A stretch of 63,455 bases of DNA, filler included, from Diploschistes diacapsis (taxonomy: Eukaryota): the NCBI GenBank assembly GCA_023645945.1. It is 9 parts of 9 records of this genome, joined end to end, with 100 filler letters (N's around TTAATTAATTAA, not from the genome) between each part and the next. Parts side by side here need not be neighbours in the genome. Positions count along the whole stretch, not along the records: positions 1 to 4,491 come from JALAIB010001695.1; positions 4,592 to 9,078 come from JALAIB010001696.1; positions 9,179 to 13,657 come from JALAIB010001697.1; positions 13,758 to 18,236 come from JALAIB010001698.1; 5 more parts are not named here. The stretch is one strand, 5' to 3'. The notes below the pieces were generated by a model, which saw only the letters and a list, made by a program, of their open reading frames with translations, had not been told where the DNA came from and ran no database searches. This document shows, piece after piece, positions 1 through 14,169 of the stretch. The translations under genes were made by a program, and so were the position numbers. Numbering within the stretch: position 1 is the stretch's first letter; every line of letters starts with the position of its first letter.

Positions 1-405
1 ATGGTATGGTATGGTATGGGGGGCTGCGGGCGGAGGAGGGGTGAGTGGTGTGTGGGGAGCGAGGGAAATGCTTCATGCTTTTTAGCGACCTTTGGATATC
101 TTCATATTTTCTATATGTGCCGTCACTTTTCCTCTGATAGAAGTTTTCTCTATAAGCGCCGCGATATTCGATTTCCAAACGCCTGAAAGTACTCTATGCA
201 TTCAAGCGATGCCAAGATCCGTTCAACCATTGGCGATTGAACTTCTTTCTCGCCCACGAGCAGACCTCAACCAATCCAAAGTGTGCATCTACTATTTACG
301 AAAACAGAACAGCCCCCGACGTTGTGGGACCGTGAAAAAACTTTGCTCTACCCAACGAACTTCTATCTATCCTGCAGTCTCACTACCACATTTAATACAC
401 CTTTC

Positions 406-2023
<1,618 letters not shown>

Positions 2024-2984
2024 TTAGGAAGATCTTTACAAGTACAGAAGATGGAAATATGCACAATACTCATATTTGTCAACTGTACCTCCGTTGGTCA
2101 GGACCGAGGTTGAATGTGTTTGCATGCATTGCTTAATAAATGGCCGAGCCTAGAACGTGCTCAGTTGAAACCCATTTTGCTAATAATAGAATATAGTTCC
2201 AAAAAAATATTTTGAAACTATATACACCGAGAAGGCCCTGGGATGAAACCTAATCTGATCGTTTTTTCTCTCAGTATATTTTTGTATCTCCTAGGTATTA
2301 AGATTTCAGCACCTCAGATTTGGAGGCAGTCCGCGCTCGAAATAGAGTCTATGCCCTCGCTCTACATCATCCTCTCCAGGATAGGATGGTGCATATCTTT
2401 TTTGGAGGTGCGATGATTTTGATTTTTGCTATGTTGGGTGTGAAGGAGTGGGCTTGCGCCGGTTTGGGGCTTCCTGGGCCCTCAGTTAGTCATTCGAGGG
2501 GTTCTGAGGGCTTCAAGATGCTGAGATTGTGGATGGATAGATTCTCGTCTTGAACGAAGACAGTGACAGTTGCTATAGCGCTATTGAGGATTTGCGATCG
2601 AACACCTTTTCGAACTTATACAGGATACTGTAATACTATATATATGAGTCTGCAGTATTAATTGTCGCCTTGGACCTGCCCATGAATTATACCATGTAAA
2701 GTATCCCATAGTATTTATTACAGGGTTCCGTTCGTTAGCGTGATTCGTCATTTTGGCGCTAAGCCTGTTGGGGGGGAGTTGGACTTAATGGCCGATCTTT
2801 CAGTTCTACTTTTGAACCATAGACTTTGTGCACTGCTCTACCTACCCAAGCCACGCCCCGAAGTAGTGGTTATTAAGACGCTCTTTACCTGTGTTGCTGT
2901 CTTAAAAGAGAAACCTAACAACACCCTTGTTCTGTTCAAGCCTGCAAATCCGATACCCTGCTGAATCCACCACCGCCGCGCACC

Positions 2985-3854
2985 ATGACAGAGGCCGACG
3001 CTATAGACAAGCGCGAAGAAGAGACGGCAGGAAGCAGCTCCAACGACCCGAGCAAAGCTCCGGTGGAGAAGGAAGAAGAAGAAGAAGAAGAAGAACGGGC
3101 AGAGGCAACAGCAGCCGCCGCCGCCGCCGCCGAGCGAGTGTCGCGCTTCCAAGCGCTGCAAGCGCGGGCCAAAAAGGCGGGGTCGCACAACCTGAAAGAA
3201 GCGGCGGCGGAATCGCAGCGGCTCGGGGTGGACCAGGGCCAGCTGGCGGCGATGGCGCGCAGGCACGCGACGGCGTCGCACAAGCTCCTGAAGGCCGAGG
3301 CCGAGGCGGACGGCGACGACTTCGAGCGCAAGCGGGCCTGGGACTGGACGGTCGAGGAGTCGGACCGGTGGGACAGGCGCATGGCCAAGAAGGCGCGGAA
3401 CCGCGACGGCGTGGCCTTTGCCGACTACCACCAGCAATCCAACGCCGTCTACAAGCGCCAGATCAAGGCCATAAGGCCCGACCTCGAGGCCTACCAAAGG
3501 GCAAAGGACGAGGCCGTGCAGCGGGCGGCCGAGAGCGGGAACCTGGAGATCGTCGAGACGGAGGACGGGGAGCTGGTCGCGGTCGACAGGGACGGACGTT
3601 CGTACTCGACGGCGGATGGCGTCGGGTTTGTCGACAAGCCGGATAAGGCGGCCGTGGATCGGTTGGTGAATGACCTGAAGAAGGCCGACGACGCGAGGAT
3701 GCGCAAGAGGAGGGACAGGGGCAAGGGAGGGGACGATCCGGACGTCACTTTCATCAACGACAAGAACAAGCAGTTCAACCAGAAGCTCGCCCGGTTCTAC
3801 AACAAATACACGACCGAGATACGCGAAAGCTTTGAAAGAGGTACTGCGATATGA
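2985..3854 (+). CDS. SYF2: Pre-mRNA splicing factor SYF2
   Basis: Motifs DFERKRAWDWTVEES and DVTFINDKNKQFNQKLARFYNKYTTEIRESFERGT; intronless 289 aa ORF. Confidence 0.93.
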   Translation: MTEADAIDKREEETAGSSSNDPSKAPVEKEEEEEEEERAEATAAAAAAAERVSRFQALQARAKKAGSHNLKEAAAESQRLGVDQGQLAAMARRHATASHKLLKAEAEADGDDFERKRAWDWTVEESDRWDRRMAKKARNRDGVAFADYHQQSNAVYKRQIKAIRPDLEAYQRAKDEAVQRAAESGNLEIVETEDGELVAVDRDGRSYSTADGVGFVDKPDKAAVDRLVNDLKKADDARMRKRRDRGKGGDDPDVTFINDKNKQFNQKLARFYNKYTTEIRESFERGTAI

Positions 3855-3965
3855 AGTCCGTAGCATGAGCAGCAGTAGACTTCGGAGTACCACGCTCGGG
3901 CATTAAGTCTACCAGTCATTTCTCTATAGGAAAATATTCTACGTAATCTTACAACTTACCGGCCT

Positions 3966-4390
3966 TCAAAGCATGCCCTTCCTCCAAGCTCTAGTCGCCA
4001 GCTCTTCAATCTCCTCCGTCTGGATCGGCCCCTTCCTCGTCGCATCCTCAATAGCTTCCATCACGGCATCCGCCACCGTATCCGCCTTCAATGGCTTCTC
4101 CACCGCAGCGCCCAACCATGGCGATAGTCGCCGTCCTATCAGCGAATTGAATGTCGCAACCGGGAACGTTGCGTACGCAAGGGGCACTGTGAAGGAACGC
4201 GAAGAATCGTAGAGAAAGCCCGGCCGAATGAAGATGTTCCGCATGCCCGGAAATTGCGAGGAGATGGTGGACTCCGCCTCGCGCTTGGTAGTGATGTATC
4301 TGGTCGGCAGTATCGGCGCGCCTCCCGCGGCGGAGATGAAAACGAAGGTACCGACTTGTTTCGCGGCGGCTTCTTTGGCGAGGGCGATAG
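3966..4390 (-). CDS. Atypical SDR / NAD-dependent epimerase, COQ11 (YLR290C)-like; last exon only, 5' end beyond contig edge
   Basis: TFVFISAAGGAPILPTRYITTKREAE...FIRPGFLYDSSR...EELATRAWRKGML; splice acceptor upstream of 4390. Confidence 0.78.
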
Positions 4391-4491
4391 CTAGATAGAA
4401 AAGGGTTGGTCAGCAGCCACTTATTCCAACATGCAAATAATAGGAAACCCCCCCCCCCCTTGCGTGTGTTTCGCCACCATTGCATCCCCAC

Positions 4492-4591
4492 NNNNNNNNN
4501 NNNNNNNNNNNNNNNNNNNNNNNNNNNNNNNNNNNTTAATTAATTAANNNNNNNNNNNNNNNNNNNNNNNNNNNNNNNNNNNNNNNNNNNN
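4492..4591. other. Artificial contig spacer (44N-TTAATTAATTAA-44N); same spacer at 9079-9178, 13658-13757, 18237-18336, 22815-22914, 49743-49842, 54318-54417, 58892-58991
   Basis: Eight identical 100-nt spacers with a linker that has stops in all six frames. Confidence 0.98.
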
Positions 4592-5101
4592 GCGCTGCGG
4601 CCAATAACGGTCTGGCTAATGTTGGTTAATTAGTTCGGAAATATTTTAGATTTCCGCCGGTAAACTTTTAAATATTATAATAAATAAAAAAGGGGAGGGT
4701 ATTTTGAGTATAAAAAGCGTTTATGGATGATCGGTAACTAGGGTCTGCTCGGGTACTAGGGTCACGATTCTAGAGAGCAAGATACAAATTCTTAAAGGAT
4801 TTTTTTATAAGGAACTTAAAGAGTGTGATGGATTCGGCTTGATCTAAAAGAGATTATGCGCACAGGCTCGGAAAATAATTATCCCAACAAAAAGTCTTTT
4901 AGGGGTTTTTCTTCCTGTTATCACAATTTTCGTCTATCCTTTTCCCAGGCGCATACACCGTGCAATAGGGCTTTTGATATACACCAAAGATTGCGTAGTT
5001 ATATCAAATACCCCAACAAACACCGCTATTTGTTCCATGCTTGATTTACATATAGGCTCGATCATACTTTCTTCCGCCTCTTGCACTACTGGGCTTCAGT
5101 G

Positions 5102-6265
5102 ATGAGTTCCGAAGGCTCTCGGCAGATACCAGTGGCCTCGTCAGCACATCCTTTAATTAACGGTACTTTACAACAACAGGAGTCGAATGGCTCAACTACC
5201 TCGAGCGAACGGCAAAGATTAGCTGCCTCGATAGAGTCATCAAGCCATGAAAGTCAGGCCATAGATCTGGAGGCTCCCCAATACTATCCACAAGTATCGG
5301 GTGATGATTCACATTTGAACAAAATCGTGCCAAACGGGCGACCTCGTGAATCTTTACAGCTAAGCGCAAAGCCGCGAGATCCTCGAGATGGCAAGGACTT
5401 TAGGCCGGCAAGCCCCTATACCCTTAATCCTCCAATCGACTTTGACGGATTGAGTTGGCCAAGTGAACATTCAATAGTATCCTTAAGGATCACGTACTAA
5501 CACTCGCCAAGGCTTTGGTACGCGTGCGAGGCGAGAAGCGACGCCGCAACAAGCTCAAGAAAACGTGGAGAAACTCAAGGGAGCGGTAAGGACTATATTC
5601 GAATGCATCGGCGAAGACCCCGAGCGGGAAGGCCTCCAAAGGACTCCTGAGAGATATGCAAAGGCAATGCTGTACTTCACAAAAGGGTACGAAGAGAACG
5701 TACGAGATCTAGTGAACGGCGCTATTTTCAATGAGGATCACGATGAGTAACTCTGCCCCCTGACAACTAACATACGCCCTTGCTGAATGTGTGGGTAGGC
5801 TGGTAATAGTGAAAGATATAGAGTTCTTTTCATTGTGTGAGCATCAGTACGTCAAAAGGCCCCTTGATTCAAGCTTATACTTACACGCTCAAAGCATGGT
5901 TCCGTTCATAGGAAAGGTGGGGCGATCCCTCCTGACTCTTTGGTCTGTTAATTTTATAGTAGATGCACATCGGCTACCTGCCCAAGGGTAGGGTCATCGG
6001 CCTGTCCAAGTTGGCAAGACTTACGGAGATGTTCTCCCGCCGGCTTCAGATACAGGAGAGATTAACGAAACAGGTGGCCCTCGCGCTGGCCGACTTGCTG
6101 AAACCCCTCGGCCTCGCGGTGGTTTGCGAGAGCACCCATCTATGCATGACCATGCGAGGAGCGCAGAAGTCGGGCTCGAGCACAACAACGAGCTGCATGC
6201 TGGGCTGCATGAGGACACGAACAGATACGCGAAAAGAGTTTCTCAGCCTTCTTAATAGACGGTGA
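5102..6265 (+). CDS. FOL2: GTP cyclohydrolase I (5 exons)
   Basis: [62 protein letters not shown]; introns near 5463-5511, 5746-5798, 5847-5894, 5917-5962. Confidence 0.95.
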
Positions 6266-6750
6266 GCTTTCGTTTCGGATGGTGTTTTGATGTCGTGCTT
6301 GGAGGTATTTTGATTGTTTAGCGTCTAGGTGCTCATCCACCGTACCCATCTATAGACTTTTGGGCTGCCCCATGCGGTTAGATCTATCTGTGCAGACCTC
6401 AAGCCCAAGATGACACTTCAACAAGTGGAAGGAAAAATTCATTATTCCTGTATCTTCCTAGATTGACGCCCATAAACGAACAAACGGGATGAACCATTGC
6501 TTTGATCATGGCTGATATACGATGGAAGGATCCCGCTGCATATATCCTGCGGGTTGCAAAGTGATGAAAGCCCTAATGTAGCATAGGCTAAATGTAAAGG
6601 ATACAAGGGCCCGCGAATAATTGTATCTCAAAGCAAGACTTCATTATTTACATCTTCCAACTCTTCTAAAATGAAACCAAAGACGCCGAATGCCAATATC
6701 CACAAGTGCAGCACCAGCCTTCCAAATCCACAACTCTCTCTACAAAACCA

Positions 6751-7477
6751 TCAAACACTTTTCTCCATAACCTCCCTCGCCGACTGCCCCTCCTTACTCC
6801 CCACCACCTCCGCCCCCACACTCCCCTGTATCTGCGCCTGCGCCACCGGCGTCGACGCACCCGCCAAATACCTCACCCTCTTCCCCCCAATCTTCACCAG
6901 ATTCGCCCCAAACGGATGTGCGGCCCCCTCAAAACACTTCAGCCGATCCAGCCTGACATCGCGCAGCCTATTCTTCGGCAGCATGCCCCTGACAGCCCTC
7001 TTCAGGACCTCGGCGCCGCCCCACTTGCGCACCATGCCCTCCATGTTGATCTCCTTGAGCGACCCCGGGCGCGTCGTGTGGCTGTAGTACTTTTTCTTCT
7101 GCATCTTCTTGCCCGTCACGAAGACGTCGGAGCAGTCGGTCGCCACGACGTAGTCGCCGCAGTCGGTCGAGGGGTCGAAGGTCGGCTTGTGCTTGCCCAT
7201 TAGCAGCACGGCGATGCGCGACGCGAGCCGGCCCAGGGGCGGCGTGGAGGGGTGCGCGAGCGAGGTCGTGTGCCAGAGGCGGTGGTAGGCGCCGCGGGTC
7301 TGGCGGCGAGGGGGGGAGGGTTAGTAAGGATTATCTGGGGTTGGGACAAGACGTAGAGAGGAGAGGAGATGTGGTGTTGGGGGTGGCTAGATTGGCTTTC
7401 TTCTGAAGGGGAGAGGAGGGTGAAGGATTGGGTTCTGGAGGGAAATGATGGCGTACCCTTCCCACGGTCTGTGACAT
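6751..7477 (-). CDS. MRPL23: Mitochondrial ribosomal protein uL13m (intron 7300-7456)
   Basis: MSQTVGR|TRGAYHRLWH...LGRLASRIAVLLMGKHKPTFDPSTDCGDYVV...AVRGMLPKNRLR. Confidence 0.93.
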
Positions 7478-7917
7478 CTTGATGGAGTGGTTATCGGCTC
7501 ATTGGATAGTCCAGAGTAGTATAACAGCGCGAAGTACAGCCCTTGGGCAGGGTCTTAAGCAGGGCCGGTGGCTATCAATTTTTGCGGAAGCTGTTGTTCT
7601 TAACGTTCCAAAGTCTATCGAACTTATTGAAGCTTAACATGCATAGGGCTGACTGCCCCAAACCTTCCAATCGTTGTAGCTGAAGTGGCGTTGCAGCCAC
7701 ATGTGGCGGGAGGATCAAAGAAGATCCTTAGCGCCTCCCTGCACGCGATCCGGGGTGCCCCGCCAGATGTTGATGCCCCGCTACGGATAAGGAAGAGCTT
7801 CTTGAGCAGAACGGCGTGGCTATTTCCTCTACTCTTTAGAAAGCTCTACTATTTCTTTTACTTTAATCTCCCTTGCACAAGTTCCACGGAAACTAGCGAA
7901 GACACTGTATCCTTACA

Positions 7918-8817
7918 ATGGCAGAGGCCTCAGAAGCCCCTCCTGCTTCTCCAGACGTGAAACCCAGGCATGTTGTTTACTGTGGAGGTATGTCAAAGGC
8001 ATTAACTTCGGAAAGAGCAACGACCTGTTCTGCCTACAATCTCTGACCTTGCCATATAGTCTGCAGTCTACCGCCCGAGGTGAGCCACACATGTCGCCTT
8101 CCCCGCAGTTCCCATCCCCATATCTCAGCGGTCGACGAACTAAGACTCCGCAAAAAGATCACAGGCTGATCTGAACTCCTCTCTCCTGCGCAACAGTACT
8201 GCGAATTCGGCGGCACCGTCAAAAAGTGCGAAGAATGGCTCGAGAAGAACCACAAGGACATGCACGACCGATTATACTCCGAAGGTACGTGCCCCACCCT
8301 CCGCTCTCGCAACTCTGCCGGCCTTCTCTCCCAGCGAGAACCGCCTCACAAAACAAGTAACACAACCGGCCGAATGCTCACTCACCCCGTCTAAATAGCC
8401 GCCATAGCCGCCAACCTCTCCACCCTCTCGGTCGACGCCCAAAAGCGCGCCGCCAAGGACGCCGCGAAAAAAGAAGCCAAGGCCGCAGCCGCCGAGTCCA
8501 AGCTGCAGGAAAAGCTGTCCGCCTCGAAAATCACCATCAAGCGCATCGAGCGCAACAAGCGCAAGTACGTGACGGCCGTGTCCGGGCTCGAGACGTTCGG
8601 CTTCGACCTGAAGAAGGTGTCCAAGGACTTTGGCAAGAAGTTTGCGACAGGCAGCAGCGTGACCAAGACGCCGGCGGGCGGCGAGGAGATTACGGTGCAG
8701 GGCGATCTGAGCGATGAGATTTTCGACATGTTGGTAGACGGGGAGGGGTACAAGGATAAGGTGCCGGAGGATAATGTGGAGTGCGTGGAGGATAAGAAGA
8801 AGAAGAGTGCTGGGTGA
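7918..8817 (+). CDS. TMA22: Translation machinery-associated protein 22 / DENR (SUI1 domain), 4 exons; divergent from MRPL23
   Basis: VVYCG-VCSLPPE-YCEFGG zinc site across introns; KRIERNKRKYVT...GKKFATGSSVTK...EEITVQGD. Confidence 0.93.
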
Positions 8818-9178
8818 TGGATGGTGGATTGGAATAGTCAAAGAGGGGGAAAGAAAAGGAACGTAGAGACGCGGCTGTGGTAAGCGCCCATCGAGTCAGA
8901 GAGCGCTTTCGTATGCTAGATTGCTGTATGGGGTATCATGTGCATGGAGAAGGAGAGAAAAATCACAGCTCATCAAACAACCTATCCAACAACCCATCAT
9001 CGTCTTTCACCGTTTCCACTCCTTTGGCCACCTCCTCCCCTTCCCACCTGCCACTATCGCCCTCATGGCCCCCACTCCNNNNNNNNNNNNNNNNNNNNNN
9101 NNNNNNNNNNNNNNNNNNNNNNTTAATTAATTAANNNNNNNNNNNNNNNNNNNNNNNNNNNNNNNNNNNNNNNNNNNN

Positions 9179-10626
9179 GCGGTAGTGGGCGTGGAGACCG
9201 GGGTAGCGGTGAAGGGGGTGGAGGACGCGGAGTTCGTGCAAGTAGGGTCTGTATCGGCGGAAGCGGGCGGCGCCTCCTGCGACGTGCCGCGCGCTGCTGG
9301 CGTCGGAGACTCGGGCACAGTGATCCCGGCGCGCTTCCGATGCCGTGCCGGCGGAGTCGAGCGCCTGACGACGACGAGCCGCACCGCTTCCTGCTGCGCG
9401 AACGAGCCCGCCACATCTACGACGCCGACCGGCAGGAGCCCGGCTTTGCGGCGCAGCGCCGTGTGCGCGCCCTCGTCGATGTATATCGTGCCGTGCGGCG
9501 CGAGGCCGTGCAGGAGCCAGAACGACCGGTCGCGGATGGGAGACGGAGAGGGGAGGAAGCGCGTGTGCAGCGGCGGGTCGAGAAAATACGAGGGCATGGT
9601 CGACGCAAAGCTTCCTGTTCCGTCGGATGGTGTGCTGGAGTCCGAGGTCGTCCGCGCTTTCAGACCTTCGAGGTGGTTTACTATGTCCAGCACGTTGCCC
9701 GGCTTCGACGACTTGGTGATCACGGTCGTTACCCCCGCCGAGGTCGCGAGCCGGGCGGCTACGATCTTGGTGGACATGCCCCCCGTGCCGAGGGCGGAGC
9801 CACGCGATGAGACGTCCGCTTCGAGCTTGGAGATGTCGGAGACGATGGAGATGGGGGATGCGTTGGGGTCGAGGCGGGGGTTCGTCGTGTATAGGCAGTC
9901 GACGTCCGTCATGAGGAAGAGGTACGAGGCGGAGACCATGGCGGCGGTGATGGCGGAGAGGGTGTCGTTGTCGCCGAATTTGATTTCCTGGGGAAGGTTA
10001 GAGCCGGCACAGGAGGGGCGACGGGGCGAAGTTCGAGCATACGGTGACTGCTATGGTGTCGTTTTCGTTGACGATGGGGATAACGCCCATGTCAAGGAGC
10101 TCGGCGAAGGTGTTTTGTGCGTTGAGATATTGAGTCCTCTAGTGCCTGTAAGCCAGGCGAATGCAACAGTCTTTTTGAACGAACATCAGCAATATCATTC
10201 CTTGTAAGCAGTATCTGAGCAATAGGCTGCCTCAGCTGGCCAAAGAGCGTATCCCACATACTCATGAGCTTGCACTGTCCTATAGCAGCAAGTGCCTGTC
10301 CAATCCATCAAATCGTGTACGTTCGGTTCTTTTGCAGTTCCCCGAACCTGCACTTGAGGGAGATGCTTAGGCCTCTTCTCGAGGTCCATCTTTCCCAACG
10401 CTACACCGATCGCTCCGGAAGAGACGATAACAACACGGCTGCCATTCTTGTGTAGCTTGACAGCAGTCTCGACGATGATACTTAAAGTAGACAAGAGAGG
10501 TTCGTGCGTCTCCTCATCGACAATCGAGCTCGTCCCTGAATTCAAGCTCAGCCCGTGGGATGGTAGGAAATTTCTGCAGAGCCTACCCAGTTTGATGACA
10601 ATTGTAAGATGCTTTTGACCTTTCAT
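9179..10626 (-). CDS. PRO1: Glutamate 5-kinase with PUA domain; multi-exon, 3' end runs off contig
   Basis: [60 protein letters not shown]. Confidence 0.95.
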
Positions 10627-11640
10627 CGTGTCTTACTAGAAGATGAAGCATTCTTCGTTTCAAGGAAATGCAGTTTCTACGTCCGACGTCAAGCAGTCTA
10701 CTTGCTTGGAATGAGGAATATCTAGTAGTCTAGCTTTCCATGACCTACCTCAGATTCTCGAATTTGAAAAGCTGGGCGAGCAAGGTTTCGCGAAATCACA
10801 TTATCATGTATTCGAAAGCTGTTCCAAAGCCTACGGTAATTTTCGATCAGGGAAAAATGTGCCATGATGGCAATTTCTATCTTGTAACTAGTGATTCCCA
10901 TAGGCGAAATCTACGAGAATAGATCACAAGTCAAAAGAAGCAAATTGCTAAATTTCAGACTGTACTTCAACTTCCGTGCTACCTTCCCTATCCAGTGCAA
11001 ACCCCATTTCGCTTTCATCGTAAATCATTTCTGGCGTGACTCTGAAAATAGACGCTCTCCAGGCAATCAACAATGGACACATCTACAAGCCTAGGTTGGT
11101 ATCGAAAGGGGGAAAAAGCTAAAAAGGTGTTTTGTCGAAAATGGCCGTATATCACATCCCAACCCTTACATCAGAGATCGGTAGGCTTTTGTTCCCTGCA
11201 ATACGGCAGCCTGATGTCTATCGATCCTGTGGCCTTTGACCTTATTGTTTTGGCCCAGCTCTAGCAATAGGAACTCCTCAAGCCCATTGTTTTCGAAGCT
11301 GATGACGCGAAGTTCTTTGGACTCCTTCGACGCAAGCTTGTATGGTTTAAGCCGGTTGGCTACAAAGGTGTCATATCTAATCCGAATGAGATATTCGAGA
11401 TTTACCTGGTGAACACGATGAGTATCGAAAGAGGACATAGTTTGCAAGTGTGACTGACCGAATGAACATCTGGGTCAAGCTGAGTACACTGCCCAATGAA
11501 GTTCCTGATCTTTCTCATGCGGCCCAACTTCATTTTTGGTGCATTATGCTTGCTGAAATCGATCCCTCTGAGCTTCGTATCTGCTGCTCTCACAGCAGCG
11601 TCGAGTAAAGATGGGTCGTATCCAAGTTTTACAAAGTGGT

Positions 11641-13348
11641 CTATCTGTGTGAGCAAGAAAGGGAACTCCCACAAGCCGACGACATACTTTGGATTCCAGA
11701 AGGCAAGGGAAAAGCGATTGGTTCCTGAAAATTGACCTCGTCATTTGTGGCTGTCAATGGGAGAGCTGTCGGTCTAGGAAAATGGCCTTCTCCATCTGTG
11801 GGCTTCAATGTTAAATCGGGCTCGGATGAACCTTCACTAACGGAAGAGCCTGACCTTTCGACCTGGTCTTCTCCCAGAAGCGGATTGCCTGGAGCGTTAA
11901 GATGAGCCGGACCATGTCCATTCATCTGCAAGCCGGGCTCCGTTTGAGTATCCGGCGCATTCTCGCGGGTTGGAGAATTAGTTTCTGTGTCCCTAGATTC
12001 TAAAGACACGCCTTCATCCACTGTAGGCTTTGTTTCCTTCACCACGATTTGATCTGGAACCTCAGACGTTTGTGCAAGGAAATCGGCATCGGAATCTGCT
12101 CCAGCAAGACCAGTGTTCCCATTCGGAAGATGTGGATCGCCTTGAAGTCCTCCCTCATCTGTTTGACCGTTAGCCTGCTCAGCCATTGGCTCGAATTCAG
12201 CCTCAGACTCCTCCTCCTTGTCGAGCTTCACGCCATCATCAACTTCCGCAGGATCAAATATAGCTGTTATGGACTGAGATAGCAGATTCCCAACGAGCGA
12301 AACGTATTCTCTGTCTTCTTTCCGAACGTTGATCGCAGCATCCTTTTCTCTTGTGTCCAACTCTTTGCGGAGTCTGGCAATCTCACTAAGCTCCTCTTCG
12401 AGTCTCGTCTCTAGGTAATTCTTGTTAAGCTCTAGTGCCTTCATCTTTATCTCGACTTCTGCTAGGAGATCCTTCAAACGCTGTTCGCGGTTATCATCCT
12501 GCAGTGCTCTGCTGAAGTCTATTGCAGACTGAATCAATGCAACGATGCCTTTCACTGTAGTTGGCAGACGGTGTACAGCAGAGTGGCGCAGTTTGTTCAC
12601 GGCAATGAAAACGTTGGGGAGCGAAGAGCCGGCAGAGGATGAAAAGCAATGTGCTGGAAGTTTACCAATGACCTTCAACACGGTGAACGTCCATTTATTC
12701 AGCTCAATAGCCTCTGGGCAGTCCCACCGCCGCTGTTCAAGGACGCCTGGCAACCAGCGAGCCGAAAATTCATAGCAACTCTCCTCTAACAGTCTCTGCG
12801 CCTTTGTGAGAATCAAATGCTGGATTGAGTACGGAAAGTAAACAGGATACAGAGAGAGTGTTGTTGTGGTGTCAACTTCATGACTCGAAGCAAGCAGAGC
12901 CGTCTGTGTACGGTGTAAGAAAGAGCAAGGTTAAAAGCACAGGAGCAAACTCTACATCATCCACCAGCAAATCACCCACTTCATTCTCTGCTTCTCCTAG
13001 ATCGTTAATCTCGCCGTCGTTTGAAGCGACTTCTTGCAAGGCTTCCGCCTCGGACTTGGCCGCATCAACCTCGGAGTCAACATGTTGCTGCTGCTGCTGC
13101 GTAGAGGTAGTTTTGAAGAGCTGCGGGAATCTGAGCTTGGCCTGAAGCTCTGACTGAAAGACCTTGTTCTCTAGCAGTGACTTAAGTGTCTCTATGACCT
13201 TTTTCTCGCCCAGGCTTTTGAGCAAAGAGTTTGTAGATGGCTGATGCTGGGACACAAGCTTCTGTATCGTCTTCTGCTTGCGGATCTGGGCATTTTGGCC
13301 CTCAAAGACCGTACGGTAAGCCAAGAAGATACGCTGCTGAACATCCAT
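11641..13348 (-). CDS. Conserved fungal hypothetical protein with coiled coil and acidic low-complexity tail; at least 2 exons, 3' structure uncertain
   Basis: ORFs 12878-13348 and 11641-12816 are joinable by an intron near 12905-12950; QHLILTKAQRLLEESCYEF...WDCPEAIELNKW...LRHSAVHR resembles a widespread Pezizomycotina family of unknown function. Confidence 0.65.
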
Positions 13349-13757
13349 AGCCCAGAACCTAAGTATGCTTAATAGGTGGTTTTTTCTTGCGAAGAGCTAT
13401 TCAGACTAAAGGAACCCAGCAAAACTTGGGCGCGAAACCGGATAACGGGTTATTCCGATATTCGATATAACACACGATGTGGATTTATTTTATAACGTAT
13501 ATGCATAGCGAGCGGACATTTATAGCGAACTGATATCTTTCTCGATTCATACGAGTTGCAATTATATTTACGCAATTAATTCGTGCGATAATTTATTATA
13601 TTAATTATTAATATTTTTTTAAAAATTATAGATTTTATTTAGTAAGTTCGCGTATTANNNNNNNNNNNNNNNNNNNNNNNNNNNNNNNNNNNNNNNNNNN
13701 NTTAATTAATTAANNNNNNNNNNNNNNNNNNNNNNNNNNNNNNNNNNNNNNNNNNNN

Positions 13758-14070
13758 CAGAGCAGTTATTGTGACCGAAATAAATATATATTTTACCATT
13801 AGCCTTTACGCCCTTTTTGCGGGTCTTTCAAGTGATGTTTATTATAAGTTTTTTTACACCCACGCTCCTTTAAAACAAATATCACCATTCGAATCAGAAT
13901 CATTAGTTTAGGTCTAGTCACCGTTATCTTCGATATTCTTTGCTTCAAATAAACCGTGCACGTATATTGAGATATAGTGGGAAGACATAGAAAATTCAGA
14001 AAGATCGGAAGTGTCAACTCCGATAATTTACTTATGTAATAGCGTTTATTTCGGTCAGAATAACTGCCCC
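13758..14070. mobile_element. About 310-bp MITE with terminal inverted repeats (CAG-initiated, possibly hAT-type)
   Basis: CAGAGCAGTTATTGTGACCGAAATAAA at 13758 versus TTTATTTCGGTCAGAATAACTGC near 14045-14067; a related end TTTCGGTCAGAATAATTGCTCTG lies near 18558-18580. Confidence 0.7.
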
Positions 14071-14169
14071 CGCAATTCCATCATCAGCCCGCAAGCTCAT
14101 TTCGACTCATCAACAGTTTCATCATCACCTTCGGCGTTCTAACTGTGATTCTTGTGGTCAATAGTCAAA

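Noticed and set aside
4536..4547. TTAATTAATTAA recurring at near-regular 4.58-kb spacing
   Set aside because: Artificial linker inside N runs; the spacing reflects size-sorted contigs, not a biological array.
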